A stretch of 64,000 nucleotides of DNA from Octopus vulgaris (taxonomy: Eukaryota), in contig OX597828.1 in assembly GCA_951406725.2 (NCBI GenBank), positions 17,732,001-17,796,000 of the forward strand. Reading direction: 5' to 3'. A program made the position numbers and the translations under genes. Positions 40,850-53,386 of the stretch are shown here, in pieces. Under the pieces are notes generated by a model. The model made no database searches and was not told where the DNA came from. It saw only the letters and a list, made by a program, of their open reading frames with translations. The first letter of the stretch is position 1. Every line of letters starts with the position of its first letter.

Positions 40850-40982
40850 AAAATATTAAAGTCTGAAAAAACGACAGAAGGCTTAAATGTTAAAAAATAT
40901 ATATATTTGTGTCAAAATGTCTGGAGAATATTGGAAAAATTTTTTTTCCTTTCCTTAAAATGACATAATTTTAAAATTTTTA

Positions 40983-41022
40983 AAGAAATTACCGGTTGCG
41001 CGTGTAGCTTTTCAAATTTCTT
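40983..41022 (-). ncRNA. Atypical minimal hammerhead motif in the PLE pLTR (left arm)
   Basis: Identical to 43740-43779. Confidence 0.6.
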
Positions 41023-41161
41023 GTGACGTTATGTTTATATTGCATGGAGTTATCGTTGTTTTTATTTCCAGGAGATTTCTAAATAAGGGGAGGTAGTGAG
41101 TGATTTCTTCCGGTGTAGGGGAGATAATCGCTTAAAAGTTTTTTTTTTTCCCTTTTCCTTG

Positions 41162-41614
41162 TTAATTTCTCTGTGTCAGTATGTTCGGATGGTTGAGTCT
41201 GGGTTTGTACTTTTCAATGAAGAATGTTTCCTTGTTCAGTCTCATTTGTGTTGATGATCCGAAAGCACATTGGTAAAATGGGAAGATTAAAAATTGTGGC
41301 AGTAGTTGCTTTGCGCATTTCTCAATGTGCTCACTAAAAGGTATCATTCTATATTCTGGGAATGCAATCTGTTGTCGATGCAGTGTGCATCTACGCCTGA
41401 GTGATAGTCCCGTGGAACCCACGTAGTCTTGGTGGCAGCCCGAGCATTTAATAACATAAATTATGTTTTCAGAGGCACAAGTAAAGTTAGATTTGATCTT
41501 AAATTTCTGTCCCTCTTTAAAGAAGAATTCTGATCCTTCCAATAGGTTAGGACATGTTGCACAGTTCGATCTACCACATTTTTTTACTTTTGCATCCGTA
41601 ATTTTAGAAGACAA
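41162..41614 (-). CDS. PLE Cys knuckle plus GIY-YIG endonuclease (continuation of the RT ORF)
   Basis: CGRSNCATC, NIIYVIKC..CHQDYVGSTG, LRRRCTLH, E..FI..Y.P.LN. Confidence 0.9.
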   Translation of the reverse strand: MSSKITDAKVKKCGRSNCATCPNLLEGSEFFFKEGQKFKIKSNFTCASENIIYVIKCSGCHQDYVGSTGLSLRRRCTLHRQQIAFPEYRMIPFSEHIEKCAKQLLPQFLIFPFYQCAFGSSTQMRLNKETFFIEKYKPRLNHPNILTQRN

Positions 41615-42828
41615 TTTTGCCTTTGTGAGAATCTTTTAAGAGATTTAGGCTGTTTGTAGCTTTTAATGATTTGGTGTATGTTTAGAATTTCCTTTAATTT
41701 TGGGTTTTTATGAAGTATTGGTAAATTCTGGGTGATGATGGTGAAGGCTTCTTTGTTTCTGGGGTTGTATGTAGATATGTAAGGTAGTATTTTCGGGGAA
41801 GGTGTGTTGTTGTGTTGAACTTTTCTTAAAGTTTCTATGTTGATTTCTGTTGCACGTCTGATCCCATCCTCTATGAGTTGAGCTGGGTAATGTCTGTCAA
41901 TTAGGGTGTTTTTGAGTTCTTGCAGTCTAAAGTTCCTGGTATTTTGTTCTGACACTATTGTGCATATCCTTCTTGCAAGGTTGAAGGGGATGTTTGTTTT
42001 AATGTGTCTTGGGTGGCATGAATTAAAAAGAAGGTATTGTTTGGCGTCTGTGGCTTTGTAAAAAATGTCTGTTTCTATTTTAAGGTTAATTTTTTTAATT
42101 AGTATATCCAAGAACGGGAGCACCTTTTGGTTGTATTCCATTGTGAACTGTATATTTGGGTTTATGCTGTTCAATAGGTTTTTAAATTTTAGGAGTTTAT
42201 CTATGTTTTCATTCCAGAGAATGAAACAATCGTCTAGGAATCGTTTCCAATTCTCTTTTATGTATTGAGAGAGGGAGTTTCCAAAGATTGATAGAGATTC
42301 CTGGTAAATGATTATTTCCATGTATCCCATTGTTAAGTTCGCAATGACTGGTGCTGCCCTTGTACCCATAGCAATTCCGGATTTTTGACGGTAAAATGTA
42401 TTGTCAAACATGAAGTGGTTATTGTGTAGGATGAATTCAATTGATTTAGTAATGAATTCCTTACTGATCCTTTTTGGTATTTCTTCCGGAAATTGGTGTA
42501 ACCAGAATTGTATTGCCTCCAGTCCATAATTATGAGGTATACTGGTATACAAGTTGACTACATCAAATGAAACCAGGATTGTTTCTTCCTTGGTTTTTTT
42601 TGGAAGGTGGTTTAACATATCTAAGTCATCTCTGATATGGCTATCGATATGTTTAAGGAAGGGTTTCAAGAGGATGTCCATAAGTAGACTTAGTCTGTGT
42701 GTTTCACAGGTTGGGCCAGCTACAATGGGTCGTAGTTTTAGGTCCCCCGGATTAGGTGTGTGTATGTATGTCTTTGGTGATTTTTTAATGGTTTCATTTA
42801 TAATTTGACTTTTATGAATTTTTGGCAC
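41584..42828 (-). CDS. PLE reverse transcriptase (5'-truncated; frameshift near 41635)
   Basis: LRPIVAG, SFDVVNLYTSIP, GIAMGTRAAPVIANL, WKRFLDDCF, LPFLDILI, SCHPRHIK motifs. Confidence 0.92.
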   Translation of the reverse strand: MPKIHKSQIINETIKKSPKTYIHTPNPGDLKLRPIVAGPTCETHRLSLLMDILLKPFLKHIDSHIRDDLDMLNHLPKKTKEETILVSFDVVNLYTSIPHNYGLEAIQFWLHQFPEEIPKRISKEFITKSIEFILHNNHFMFDNTFYRQKSGIAMGTRAAPVIANLTMGYMEIIIYQESLSIFGNSLSQYIKENWKRFLDDCFILWNENIDKLLKFKNLLNSINPNIQFTMEYNQKVLPFLDILIKKINLKIETDIFYKATDAKQYLLFNSCHPRHIKTNIPFNLARRICTIVSEQNTRNFRLQELKNTLIDRHYPAQLIEDGIRRATEINIETLRKVQHNNTPSPKILPYISTYNPRNKEAFTIITQNLPILHKNPKLKEILNIHQIIKSYKQPKSLKRFSQRQNCLLKLRMQK

Positions 42829-42841
42829 TCAAAAAAAATTT

Positions 42842-43603
42842 TTGGAACTCAAAAACACCCTAATTGACAGACATTACCCAGCTCAACTCATAGAGGATGG
42901 GATCAGACGTGCAACAGAAATCAACATAGAAACTTTAAGAAAAGTTCAACACAACAACACACCTTCCCCGAAAATACTACCTTACATATCTACATACAAC
43001 CCCAGAAACAAAGAAGCCTTCACCATCATCACCCAGAATTTACCAATACTTCATAAAAACCCAAAATTAAAGGAAATTCTAAACATACACCAAATCATTA
43101 AAAGCTACAAACAGCCTAAATCTCTTAAAAAGATTCTCACAAAGGCAAAATTGTCTTCTAAAATTACGGATGCAAAAGTAAAAAAATGTGGTAGATCGAA
43201 CTGTGCAACATGTCCTAACCTATTGGAAGGATCAGAATTCTTCTTTAAAGAGGGACAGAAATTTAAGATCAAATCTAACTTTACTTGTGCCTCTGAAAAC
43301 ATAATTTATGTTATTAAATGCTCGGGCTGCCACCAAGACTACGTGGGTTCCACGGGACTATCACTCAGGCGTAGATGCACACTGCATCGACAACAGATTG
43401 CATTCCCAGAATATAGAATGATACCTTTTAGTGAGCACATTGAGAAATGCGCAAAGCAACTACTGCCACAATTTTTAATCTTCCCATTTTACCAATGTGC
43501 TTTCGGATCATCAACACAAATGAGACTGAACAAGGAAACATTCTTCATTGAAAAGTACAAACCCAGACTCAACCATCCGAACATACTGACACAGAGAAAT
43601 TAA
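42842..43603 (+). CDS. Inverted duplicate: RT C-terminus/linker plus GIY-YIG endonuclease, no frameshift, no genuine start codon
   Basis: Same peptide as the left arm; reads through KSLKKILTK. Confidence 0.85.
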   Translation: MELKNTLIDRHYPAQLIEDGIRRATEINIETLRKVQHNNTPSPKILPYISTYNPRNKEAFTIITQNLPILHKNPKLKEILNIHQIIKSYKQPKSLKKILTKAKLSSKITDAKVKKCGRSNCATCPNLLEGSEFFFKEGQKFKIKSNFTCASENIIYVIKCSGCHQDYVGSTGLSLRRRCTLHRQQIAFPEYRMIPFSEHIEKCAKQLLPQFLIFPFYQCAFGSSTQMRLNKETFFIEKYKPRLNHPNILTQRN

Positions 43604-43739
43604 CAAGGAAAAGGGAAAAAAAATTTTTAAGCGATTATCTCCCCTACACCGGAAGAAATCACTCACTACCTCCCCTTATTTAGAAATCTCCTGGAAATAA
43701 AAACAACGATAACTCCATGCAATATAAACATAACGTCAC

Positions 43740-43779
43740 AAGAAATTTGAAAAGCTACACGCGCAACCGGTAATTTCTT
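43740..43779 (+). ncRNA. Atypical minimal hammerhead motif in the PLE pLTR (U3-A8, C13)
   Basis: aagaaat-TTGAAAA-gc[tacac]gc-GCAAC-CG-GTA-atttctt: 7-bp stem I, palindromic ACCGGT. Confidence 0.6.
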
Positions 43780-43975
43780 TAAAAATTTTAAAATTATTTT
43801 TTAAGGAAAGGAAAAAAAAATTTTCCAATATTCTCCAGACATTTTGACACAAATATATATATTTTTTAACATTTAAGCCTTCTGTCGTTTTTTCACACTT
43901 TACTATTTTCTTATATATTCACCCACGTGCTTTACCAAACAAACTTTCTTATCTATATATATATATATATATATT

Positions 43976-44874
43976 CGAGGGAAAATTTGAGCTGATGCAT
44001 TTTGGAAGAAATTCCTCACTAAAACAACCATACTCTCTTCCTTCAGGGGAACCGCTCACAGCCTCTAACAATATCAGAGACCTGGGTGTAATTGTTGATG
44101 ACGATCCCAGTTGGAGTGCACACATCAACAAGAAGGTCGATATAGCTCGTAGGATGAGTTCCTGGATCTTAAGAACTTTCCGGTCCAGAGAACAAGGTGT
44201 CATCATACCACTTTTTTCCTCCTTTGTACGGCCACACCTTGAATACTGCTGCCCACTGTGGTCTCCTCACACAAGACAAAACATCTCCAGAATTGAGTCA
44301 CCCCAGAGGGCTCTCACTAAACAAATTGAAGGCATGGCTGCTCTCGATTATTGGGATCGCCTTAAAGCCTTGAAACTTTACTCCCTCCAGCGTCGCCGTG
44401 AGCGGTACATCATTTGTACGATGTGGAAAATATACCGCCAACTTTGCCCAAACGACCTAAACATTAGCTTCAAGGTTCATCCAAGACTTGGACCACGGGC
44501 TATACGTCCCCTGCCAAATTCAAGATCACAACATACATGTAACTGCAACATTATTTCTTTTCCTCAACAGGCCCTGCCCTATTTAACATTGTCCCAGGGA
44601 GATCAAAGAGGAAAAGGATCCCATCAACTTTAAACAGAGTCTGGATAGATTCCTTCAAAGAATACCAGATAAGCCACCCATAATTGGCTACAACACACCC
44701 AACAAGAACTCACTACTTGAACAAAACTGGATACAACTCACCCAACAAGAACTCACTACTTGAACAAAACTTGACTTAAACAGGATTCGAATAATCCTAT
44801 CAGGTGGTGCTATTAAGTTAGACATGGCCTGGACCAATCTCTGGTCGAAACATATCTAAGTTTTATCTAAGTTT
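43976..44874 (+). mobile_element. 5'-truncated CR1-clade LINE with 3' UTR stem-loop and (ATCTAAGTTTT)2 tail
   Basis: ORF 43995-44633: IRDLGVIVD, VRPHLEYCCPLWSPH, LDYWDRLKALKLYSLQRRRER; local duplication at ~44690-44775. Confidence 0.9.
43995..44633 (+). pseudogene. CR1-type ORF2 C-terminal region (post-RT)
   Basis: Motifs as above; truncated and frameshifted near its end. Confidence 0.85.
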
Positions 44875-44896
44875 TATATATATATATATATATATA

Positions 44897-45275
44897 TACT
44901 CTTTTACTTGTTTCAGTCGTTTGACTGCGGCCATGCTTGAGCACCGCCATTAGTTGAGCAAATCGAAACCGAGACTTATTCTATCGGTCTCTTTTGCCGA
45001 ACCGCTAAGTTACGGGGACGTAAACACACCAGCATCGGTTGTCAAGCAATGCTAGGAGGACAAAGACAGACACACAGACACACATACACACACATACATA
45101 TATATACATATATACGACAGGCTTCTTTAAGTTTCCATCTACCAAATCCACTCACAAGGCATTGGTTGGCCCGGGGCTATAGCGGAAGACACTTGCCCAA
45201 GATGCCACGCAGTGGGACTGAACCCGGAACCATCTGGTTGGGTAGCAAGTTACTTACCACACAGCCACTCCTGAG

Positions 45276-45277
<2 letters not shown>
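44897..45277 (-). mobile_element. SINE family A
   Basis: Reverse complement match. Confidence 0.9.
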
Positions 45278-45329
<52 letters not shown>

Positions 45330-45393
45330 ATAATAATAATAATAATACTGTAATTGTTCCATTGTTGTTGTTTTTTGTTTCCCGTTTGGATTA

Positions 45394-45440
<47 letters not shown>

Positions 45441-45565
45441 GAGAGAGAGAGAGAGAGGTAGATATGTAAGTACGTATGTATATATGCGTCTATACACACA
45501 GATATGTATATATATAAATATACATATATATACATATACATATATATATATATACATACATACCT

Positions 45566-45713
45566 AGGCGTAGGAGTGTCTGTGTGGTACGTAGCTTGCC
45601 ACCCACCACATGGTTCCGGGTTCAGTCCTTGGGCAAGTGACTTCTACTATAGCCTCGGGCCGACCAAAGCCTTATGAGTGGATTTGGTAGACGGAAACTG
45701 AAAGAAGCCGTCG

Positions 45714-45778
<65 letters not shown>

Positions 45779-45988
45779 GTGTGTGTTTGTCCCCTCAAAA
45801 TCGCTTGACAACCGATGCTGGTGTATTTACGTCCCCGTAACTTAGCGATTCGGACAAAGAGACCGCTAGAATAAGTACTAGGCTTACAAAGAATAAGTCC
45901 TGGGGTCGATTTGCTCGACTAAAGGTGGTGCTCCAGCATGGCCACAGTCAAATGACTGAAACCAGTAAAAGAGTAAAAGAGTAAAGAG
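45566..45988 (+). mobile_element. SINE family A
   Basis: Matches family A. Confidence 0.9.
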
Positions 45989-46786
45989 TATACATACATA
46001 CATAAGTACATCTATATCTATATCTATATCTATCTATCTTTATATATATATATACATATACGGTTAATTTTTTTTTAGATTGTTTCAGCAAAATATATTT
46101 GCCTATATTAATTATGGGAATCAGTAAACAGAAAGCAGAAACCTTTGACATTCATAATCATTAAGTTTAATTGTTTTCAAATTCGGATATTCAATGTAAA
46201 TTGCAATTTGGGAAATTTCTTATATTTTCAAAAATATATTTCTATAATTATACATACATGTAAATGAATGTTATCTTTCTAACAGGTTTCCATACTATTA
46301 CCAATTTAGATGTGTCGATAAGTATATTGTGCAAATATGCAAGCTGAATAATTTCTATGAAGGACAGCATTCACAAAGATATGACATGTATTATGGATAT
46401 ATTTAAGTGTACGGGACTAACTATTCACTATAAAATGGAGTGAATCTAGCTAACTAATTAACTACCATTAGATAGCATAGAATGATTTAAATTATTGATT
46501 TCTATATTAAATTTATGGCTAATATTCAGCTTAAACATTAGGAAGATTCTCCAAATAAATGTTCTGCTATAGAATTGACTTGCTAGAGTTATTACTAAGC
46601 ATTAGCAATGACATTAGGACGAATATTTAGTTATTACACTCACAGAGGAGACTTTTGTAGTTGTTTTATCGCGATCCTTCTATATCCCAAGTCTTCGGTT
46701 ACATCAGAAGGGAATCTTTCTGTCGAAATACGAAAGGCCTGTGTGTGTGTGTTGAAAATGAGATGCAGCAACTAACTGTAGAATTT

Positions 46787-46838
<52 letters not shown>

Positions 46839-47004
46839 TAAGGGACATTAGCCATTTGAATGTGGCTAGGGACAGGGCAGGGCGGCGGGGGTGTTACTGA
46901 TGCATTTAGCCCCAGGTGATCATCAACGTCACCAGATAGGCTGACACCATCACAGTGTCCTCTATCCTGCAAAGGGAGATCATTCCCCGAAGAAGCGGAT
47001 GCCA

Positions 47005-47049
47005 CATACGGACCTAGGTTTCAAGGTATTTGCCTATCATCAACGTATG
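47005..47049 (-). ncRNA. Type-I hammerhead ribozyme motif (U3 variant)
   Basis: Reverse complement identical to 47258-47302. Confidence 0.8.
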
Positions 47050-47257
47050 GCAGGCACCGCTCCTCGACGAACGACTTCCTGTGCAGGATATTTATATATA
47101 GATTTTCACGTAAATACATTTACTGATTTCGAAAATCTGTTCGACAGCAATAATAATTCTCTAAACGAGATATAAACAGTAACTGCTCCATATCATAAGG
47201 GACATTAGCCATTTGAATGTGGCTAGGGACAGGGCAGTAACACCCCCACCGCCCTGC

Positions 47258-47302
47258 CATACGTTGATGATAGGCAAATACCTTGAAACCTAGGTCCGTA
47301 TG
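47258..47302 (+). ncRNA. Type-I hammerhead ribozyme motif (U3 variant)
   Basis: catacg-TTGATGA-t-agg[caaata]cct-t-GAAAC-CTAG-GTC-cgtatg. Confidence 0.8.
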
Positions 47303-47534
47303 TGGCATCCGCTTCTTCGGGGAATGATATCCCTTTGCAGGATAGAGGACACAGTGATGGTGTCAGCCTATCTGGTGACGTTGATGATCGCCTGGGGCTA
47401 AATGCATCAGTAACACCCCCACTGCCCTGCCCTGTCCCTAGCCACATTCAAATGGCTAATGTCCCTTATGATATGGAGCAGTTACTGTTTATATCTCGTT
47501 TAGAGAATTATTATTGCTATATATATATATATAT

Positions 47535-47942
47535 ACTCTTTTTACTCTGTTTCAATTGTTTCAGTCGTTTGACTGTGGCCATGCTTGAGCAACGCTTTAA
47601 GTCGAGCAAATCGACCCCAGGACTTAATCTCTGTAAGCCTAGTACTTATTCTTTCGGTCTCTTTTGCCGAACTGCTAAGTTACGGGGACGTAAGCACACC
47701 AGTATCGGTTGTCAAGCGAAGTTGTGGGAGGTGGGGGCAACAGACACAAACATAGACACACATATATATATATATATATACATATATACGACGGGCTTCT
47801 TTCAGTTTCTATCAACCAAATCCACTCACAAGGCTTTGGTCGGCCCGAGGCTATAGTAGAAGACACTTGCCCTAGGTGCCAGGCAGTGGGATTGAACCCA
47901 GAACCATGTGGCTGGTAACCTTGCTAGCTACCACACAGCCAC
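47535..47942 (-). mobile_element. SINE family A
   Basis: Reverse complement match. Confidence 0.88.
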
Positions 47943-48010
47943 AATGTTATATCTCAGCTGAAACGACATCAAATATGGCAATCTTTTCAGCAAAAAATAC
48001 TCCCAATGCC

Positions 48011-48046
<36 letters not shown>

Positions 48047-48614
48047 GCATGTATGTATGTATGTATGCATGTATGTATGTATGCGTGAGAGAGAAAGAGA
48101 GAGAGAGAGAGAAGCAAGAAATAAGGTAGAGCTCATTATTATTTTATCTATATTTATAAAAAACACGCATAATACGATTGCTAATATTGAAAATCATATT
48201 TAGACTTTTAATAATAGCAAAGTCATCTAAGAAAGCAATTTATTAGAAATAATACATAATATCTGTTCATTTTAGACGGATGAAAAAATTATAGCTATGA
48301 AAGAAGATATAGTAATAAATAGCAATTTTATGAAGTTACATAACTTTACTGAGGACATTAGCGGCATAAGAGAATTAAAACAACTGAACTTGGCATCGAA
48401 ATTTCAGCACGCAGAAGGCCACTTCTAAAGACGTAATTTTATTAAAATCTAAAATATATTTTGCATATATATTTTAAGTAAAATTTAATAATATACAAAC
48501 ACTGCTACATTTCTCTAAATTTATCCCTATTTATCGCATCTTCCTTGTTGTTGGAACAATATTAGTTTTCAAAAGAAAGATATACCAGCATTTACAACTG
48601 CACACACACACACG

Positions 48615-48672
<58 letters not shown>

Positions 48673-48751
48673 GTATATTTAACTGTATGCGTATGTTTAC
48701 TTGTATGAGGGTGAAGGTGTCTCTGTATATGTGTGTTTGTAAATCTGTATC

Positions 48752-48821
<70 letters not shown>

Positions 48822-48834
48822 AGAGAATTCACAA

Positions 48835-48865
<31 letters not shown>

Positions 48866-49030
48866 CCTGTGTGTCAGTCAATGTGTGTGGTGTTTCTACT
48901 GCTTGCGTGTGAGCCTATTTTGTCAATAAAATATTCCCCCAAGAAAGCTTAATATAACTTCTGAACATAGCTCAGTCACTACTTAGAGAAGAAACACGTG
49001 TCGTATTTTTTCATCTTTTTGCCAATATGA

Positions 49031-49143
<113 letters not shown>

Positions 49144-49874
49144 TGTCTGTATACTTTTGGGGATGTTTTATATTATTATCTATAAATATATTAATTCAAT
49201 GATATTTTATTGAAGCCTCCATCTCCTACTCGGAATTTCATCCCTTTCTTTATAACAAGAAGCAATGTTGTTTTGTTTAATATCACTGTAGGGAAATAAG
49301 CAAAAGAACACAAACAAAAAGCAACAAACAATATCATATGAAATAGGGGCAGAAAAACAGAAAATATTATCCCTAATAAAAATCTACCATCTGTTGGTAT
49401 TCTCATGTTGTGGTTCATACTTCAAGAAGTAATTCTTGTCATAGATTTTGTTCAATATATATATATATATATATATATACATGCATACATATTTGAAAAT
49501 GAATATTGGTAGATGTTAGGGCTTTACCCTTGCAGTGAAGTTCCTTGATTCTTCATCTTCAGCCGACACACAAGTACACACATAGACAGATACACAAAGA
49601 GTCACACACACACGCACACACATACACATGTATGTTGTACGTGTGTTTATGTATCTCTCTCTCTCACTCTCTCTCTCTCTCACTCACTTTCTCTTTCAAT
49701 CTATTTATACATGCATATATATATATGTATATATATGTGTGTATATATATGTGTGTCTGTATATATATACCTTTATATATACATATTCCTATCTATAGGT
49801 CTTTATTTACACACACACACTCACTATCACACGCATATATATGTGTGTGTATGCTTGTGTATGTGTGTGTAATG

Positions 49875-50093
<219 letters not shown>

Positions 50094-50437
50094 CGTAATG
50101 TATGTGCGTGCATACATGTGTTCATAAGTGAACATGTTTTGCTGCGCTTACATATTCAAGCATAATCTTTAAAAAGTAATTATACATGTGGCGTACTTGC
50201 GTGAGTGCGCATGCGGTTTTATGTGCATACGTGTGTGTGTGTGTGTGTGTGTGTGTTTGTGTATGTGTGTGAGTGTGTTGTTTGTGAGAATGAACTTTAT
50301 TTTTATTTGACATTTACATGCAAAGTTTGAAGAAAATAAGGGAATAAATTTTTTGGAAACGAATTATTCTTGAAGAACTGCACAAGCACACGCATGTATA
50401 CATCTTACAGATATATGCATACACATACACATGTACA

Positions 50438-50497
<60 letters not shown>

Positions 50498-50828
50498 TTC
50501 ATGCATATATGTACATGTGGCTGTATATATATATTCATGTATATATGTACGTGTATATATATATATATATATATATATAAATATGTGTATATATATATAT
50601 GTATGTATGTATATATGTGTGTGTATATATACATATGTATGTATAAAATGATTCATATGTCATCACATGTCAATAAATGCTGACAGATGGGTTTATATGA
50701 GAGAGAGTATATAAACGCATATCCTGCAGATCACAGATATCAAGAACGTTACATTTCAGAAACTTGAAAATAAAAAATGGATAAAAAATAAATGATAAAA
50801 GTAAATATATAAGCACACACACTAAGAC

Positions 50829-50964
<136 letters not shown>

Positions 50965-51687
50965 GTATGTATATGTCTGTGCATGAGTACGCTGATGAAA
51001 TATGTAAGAAATGTGAAAAAGCATCAGAACGAAATCTGTTAAACCTTAAGTATAATCTTCTACAAATAGAATCCCTAGGGAGAAAATATTATAAACAAAT
51101 GAGTAATCGATAGGAGACCCTTATAACTCGTTATCCGAGGTTTGTAGAAAAAGTTAAACTACTAAAAATAAAATTGAATTAACGACAAACAAAATAAAAA
51201 TCAAATGAAGTATATTGAACAAAGAATAATAAATTTTATGCATTCATTTATTTATTTACTGGTTTCCAGCGTTTTGGATGCGGAAGTATCAAAATTTAGT
51301 TGATTATCTTTAGGTTTTGAGTTCGTATTCCTTTCGAAGATGTTAACTTTGCTTGTTGTTCATTTTTGTACATCAAGTCGTTCCATTAGTTGTGAGTGAT
51401 TTGGGAGAGGAAGAAACTGTGTGGAAACCCGTCTGGTGGATTGTATTTGTAATGATTAACACAAACTAGAAGGGACTAAGATTATGGTTGTGGAGGGTTT
51501 AGCGAAATTTAGGAAGCCAAAAAGGGAAACAGGACTGAATAGTTACCTGAAAAAATTTGAAAAATCCTTGTATGAAATTTTCCGGTTGGTAGGTGTTCAG
51601 CGCCCTCTTTGTAATTCGATAGGCAGAGCTTCGATCCACACAGTGTGCCCTACCGATTCTGCTTGAGAATTACATTAAGTGTACATA

Positions 51688-52080
51688 GGCGTAGGAGTGG
51701 CTCTGTGGTAAGTAGGCTGTTTCTCAGCCACATGTTTCTGGTTTCAATCCCACTGCGTGGCACCTTCTGCTATTGCCTTGAGCCGACCAAAGCCTTCTGA
51801 GTGGATTTGGTAGACGGAAATTGAAAGACTGTCGTGTATGTGTGTGTGTGTGTGTTTGTATATGTATGAGTGTGTGTGACTGTGTTTGTCTCCCCATCAC
51901 CACGTGACAACCGGTGTTGGTATGTTTACGTCCCCGTAGCTTAACGATTCGGTAAAAGACACGAACAGAATAAGTACCAAGCTTAAAAAATAAATACTGG
52001 GGTCGATTCATTCGGTTAGAAATTCAAGGCGGTGCCCCAGCATGACCGCAGTCTAATAACTCAAAGAGGTAAACGATAAA
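51688..52080 (+). mobile_element. SINE family A
   Basis: Matches family A. Confidence 0.85.
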
Positions 52081-52395
52081 AAATAGAAGATAGATACAGA
52101 TACCTCAACTTCGAATTTGCCTCCCGACCTTTTCTTGTGGTGCTGCTACTCAAGCACTTCTAACCCATATTTCTCAACCTTCTTAATATACGGGCCAGAC
52201 CCAAAACTTCAATGATTTTTTTTTAGGGGTCTGCACTAATAACAGTGGAACAAAGTCGATTGAATAAAACTTTTGTCATATTTATAGACAGAAGACCATC
52301 GAGTGCCGCTTGAAGAATGCTTGTATGCCGCAGAATGCCTTGGAGGCGTAGTCGAGAACCGCTATTTTGGGCTCATTCCTACACACTTCTAGTGG

Positions 52396-52650
52396 AGGCG
52401 AATGGCATAATGGTTAGGTTGTTGAACTCATAATCGTGCAACTGTGGTTTCGAATCCAGGACCGGGTAACGCGTTGTGTTTTTGAACAAAACACTTCATT
52501 TCACTTGCTCCAGTCCACTCAGCTGGCAAAAATGAGTAATCCTGCGACGGACCGGCGTCCCGTCCAGGTGGGGAAGTTTTACATCATGAAACCGAGACAC
52601 CGGCCTTTGTGAGTCGGTATGACTCGAAAAGATAAATTTACTTTACTTTA
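52396..52650 (+). mobile_element. SINE with family D head and V-domain-like tail
   Basis: ttgctccagtccactcagctggcaaaaatgagta then cctgcgacggaccggcgtcccgtccagg. Confidence 0.75.
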
Positions 52651-52699
52651 CTCCTCCTGTTGTACAAATAATGTCCTCACAAGAAGAGCTTACCATCAC

Positions 52700-52965
52700 C
52701 GATTTCGACTCTCCGCACACACATTCTCTCTACTTCTCATAAAGCTATCAAATTTCATCTACTTGAAATTAGATAAACCCATACTCAAGTGTGTGCGACA
52801 GAAAGCTTTCAATAAAGGAAATGTAAGACGAATATAGATGATGTCAATTGTAAAAACTTTACCACCTGACACTGAAATTTCTAGTGGCGTGGGGCCACTA
52901 GTTGTATATGAGACTCCATCAGATGTAGATCTACGGAAACCATACTGGTTGCCAAGAGAAGGGCA
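52700..52965 (-). pseudogene. Possible highly decayed LINE RT fragment
   Basis: NQYGFRRST.D and FTIDI motifs only. Confidence 0.35.
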
Positions 52966-53386
52966 AGAGACCGTGCCGCAAATGTCACAGACATAATCAC
53001 TTCTTCCGGACCAAATAGTTACTTCAGTTAACAAGTGCATACTATAGTTACCTCAATTAAATAATAATGAAAACCAAAGTTAACCTATTATGTTTTGAAA
53101 TCGGCAAAGTTTGTGACTAAGCAGAAATCTGTGGTAAGTTCGCCAAGGAACAAAGAAGAAACCCAATACCAACCCATTGGCAGATTTCATACAGTATGTT
53201 TTCATATCGTACTCGAATAACTATTTCTTTTGTTAGATATCCTTTCTTGTTTTCAAATTGCGCTACGCCCTCGGCAACCATAATCCTGGCTCCGCCCCTC
53301 GAAATTACATTCATCATTCAAACTGTTTATCCATCATTACTGCCAACTCTCTAGTTTTGGTTCAGATGATATTTTTTTGTCCATAA

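Larger units (their letters stand above)
46835..47517. mobile_element. Non-coding hammerhead-carrying element (retrozyme/pLTR-like): ~357-bp tandem unit plus an inverted copy, in (TA)n
   Basis: atcataagggacattagcc at 46835 and 47192; 47250-47517 is the reverse complement; two identical hammerhead motifs. Confidence 0.85.

Noticed and set aside
48951-49008. GAAACACGTGTC possible hammerhead 3' half
   Set aside because: The 5' core and stem II are too degenerate to support.
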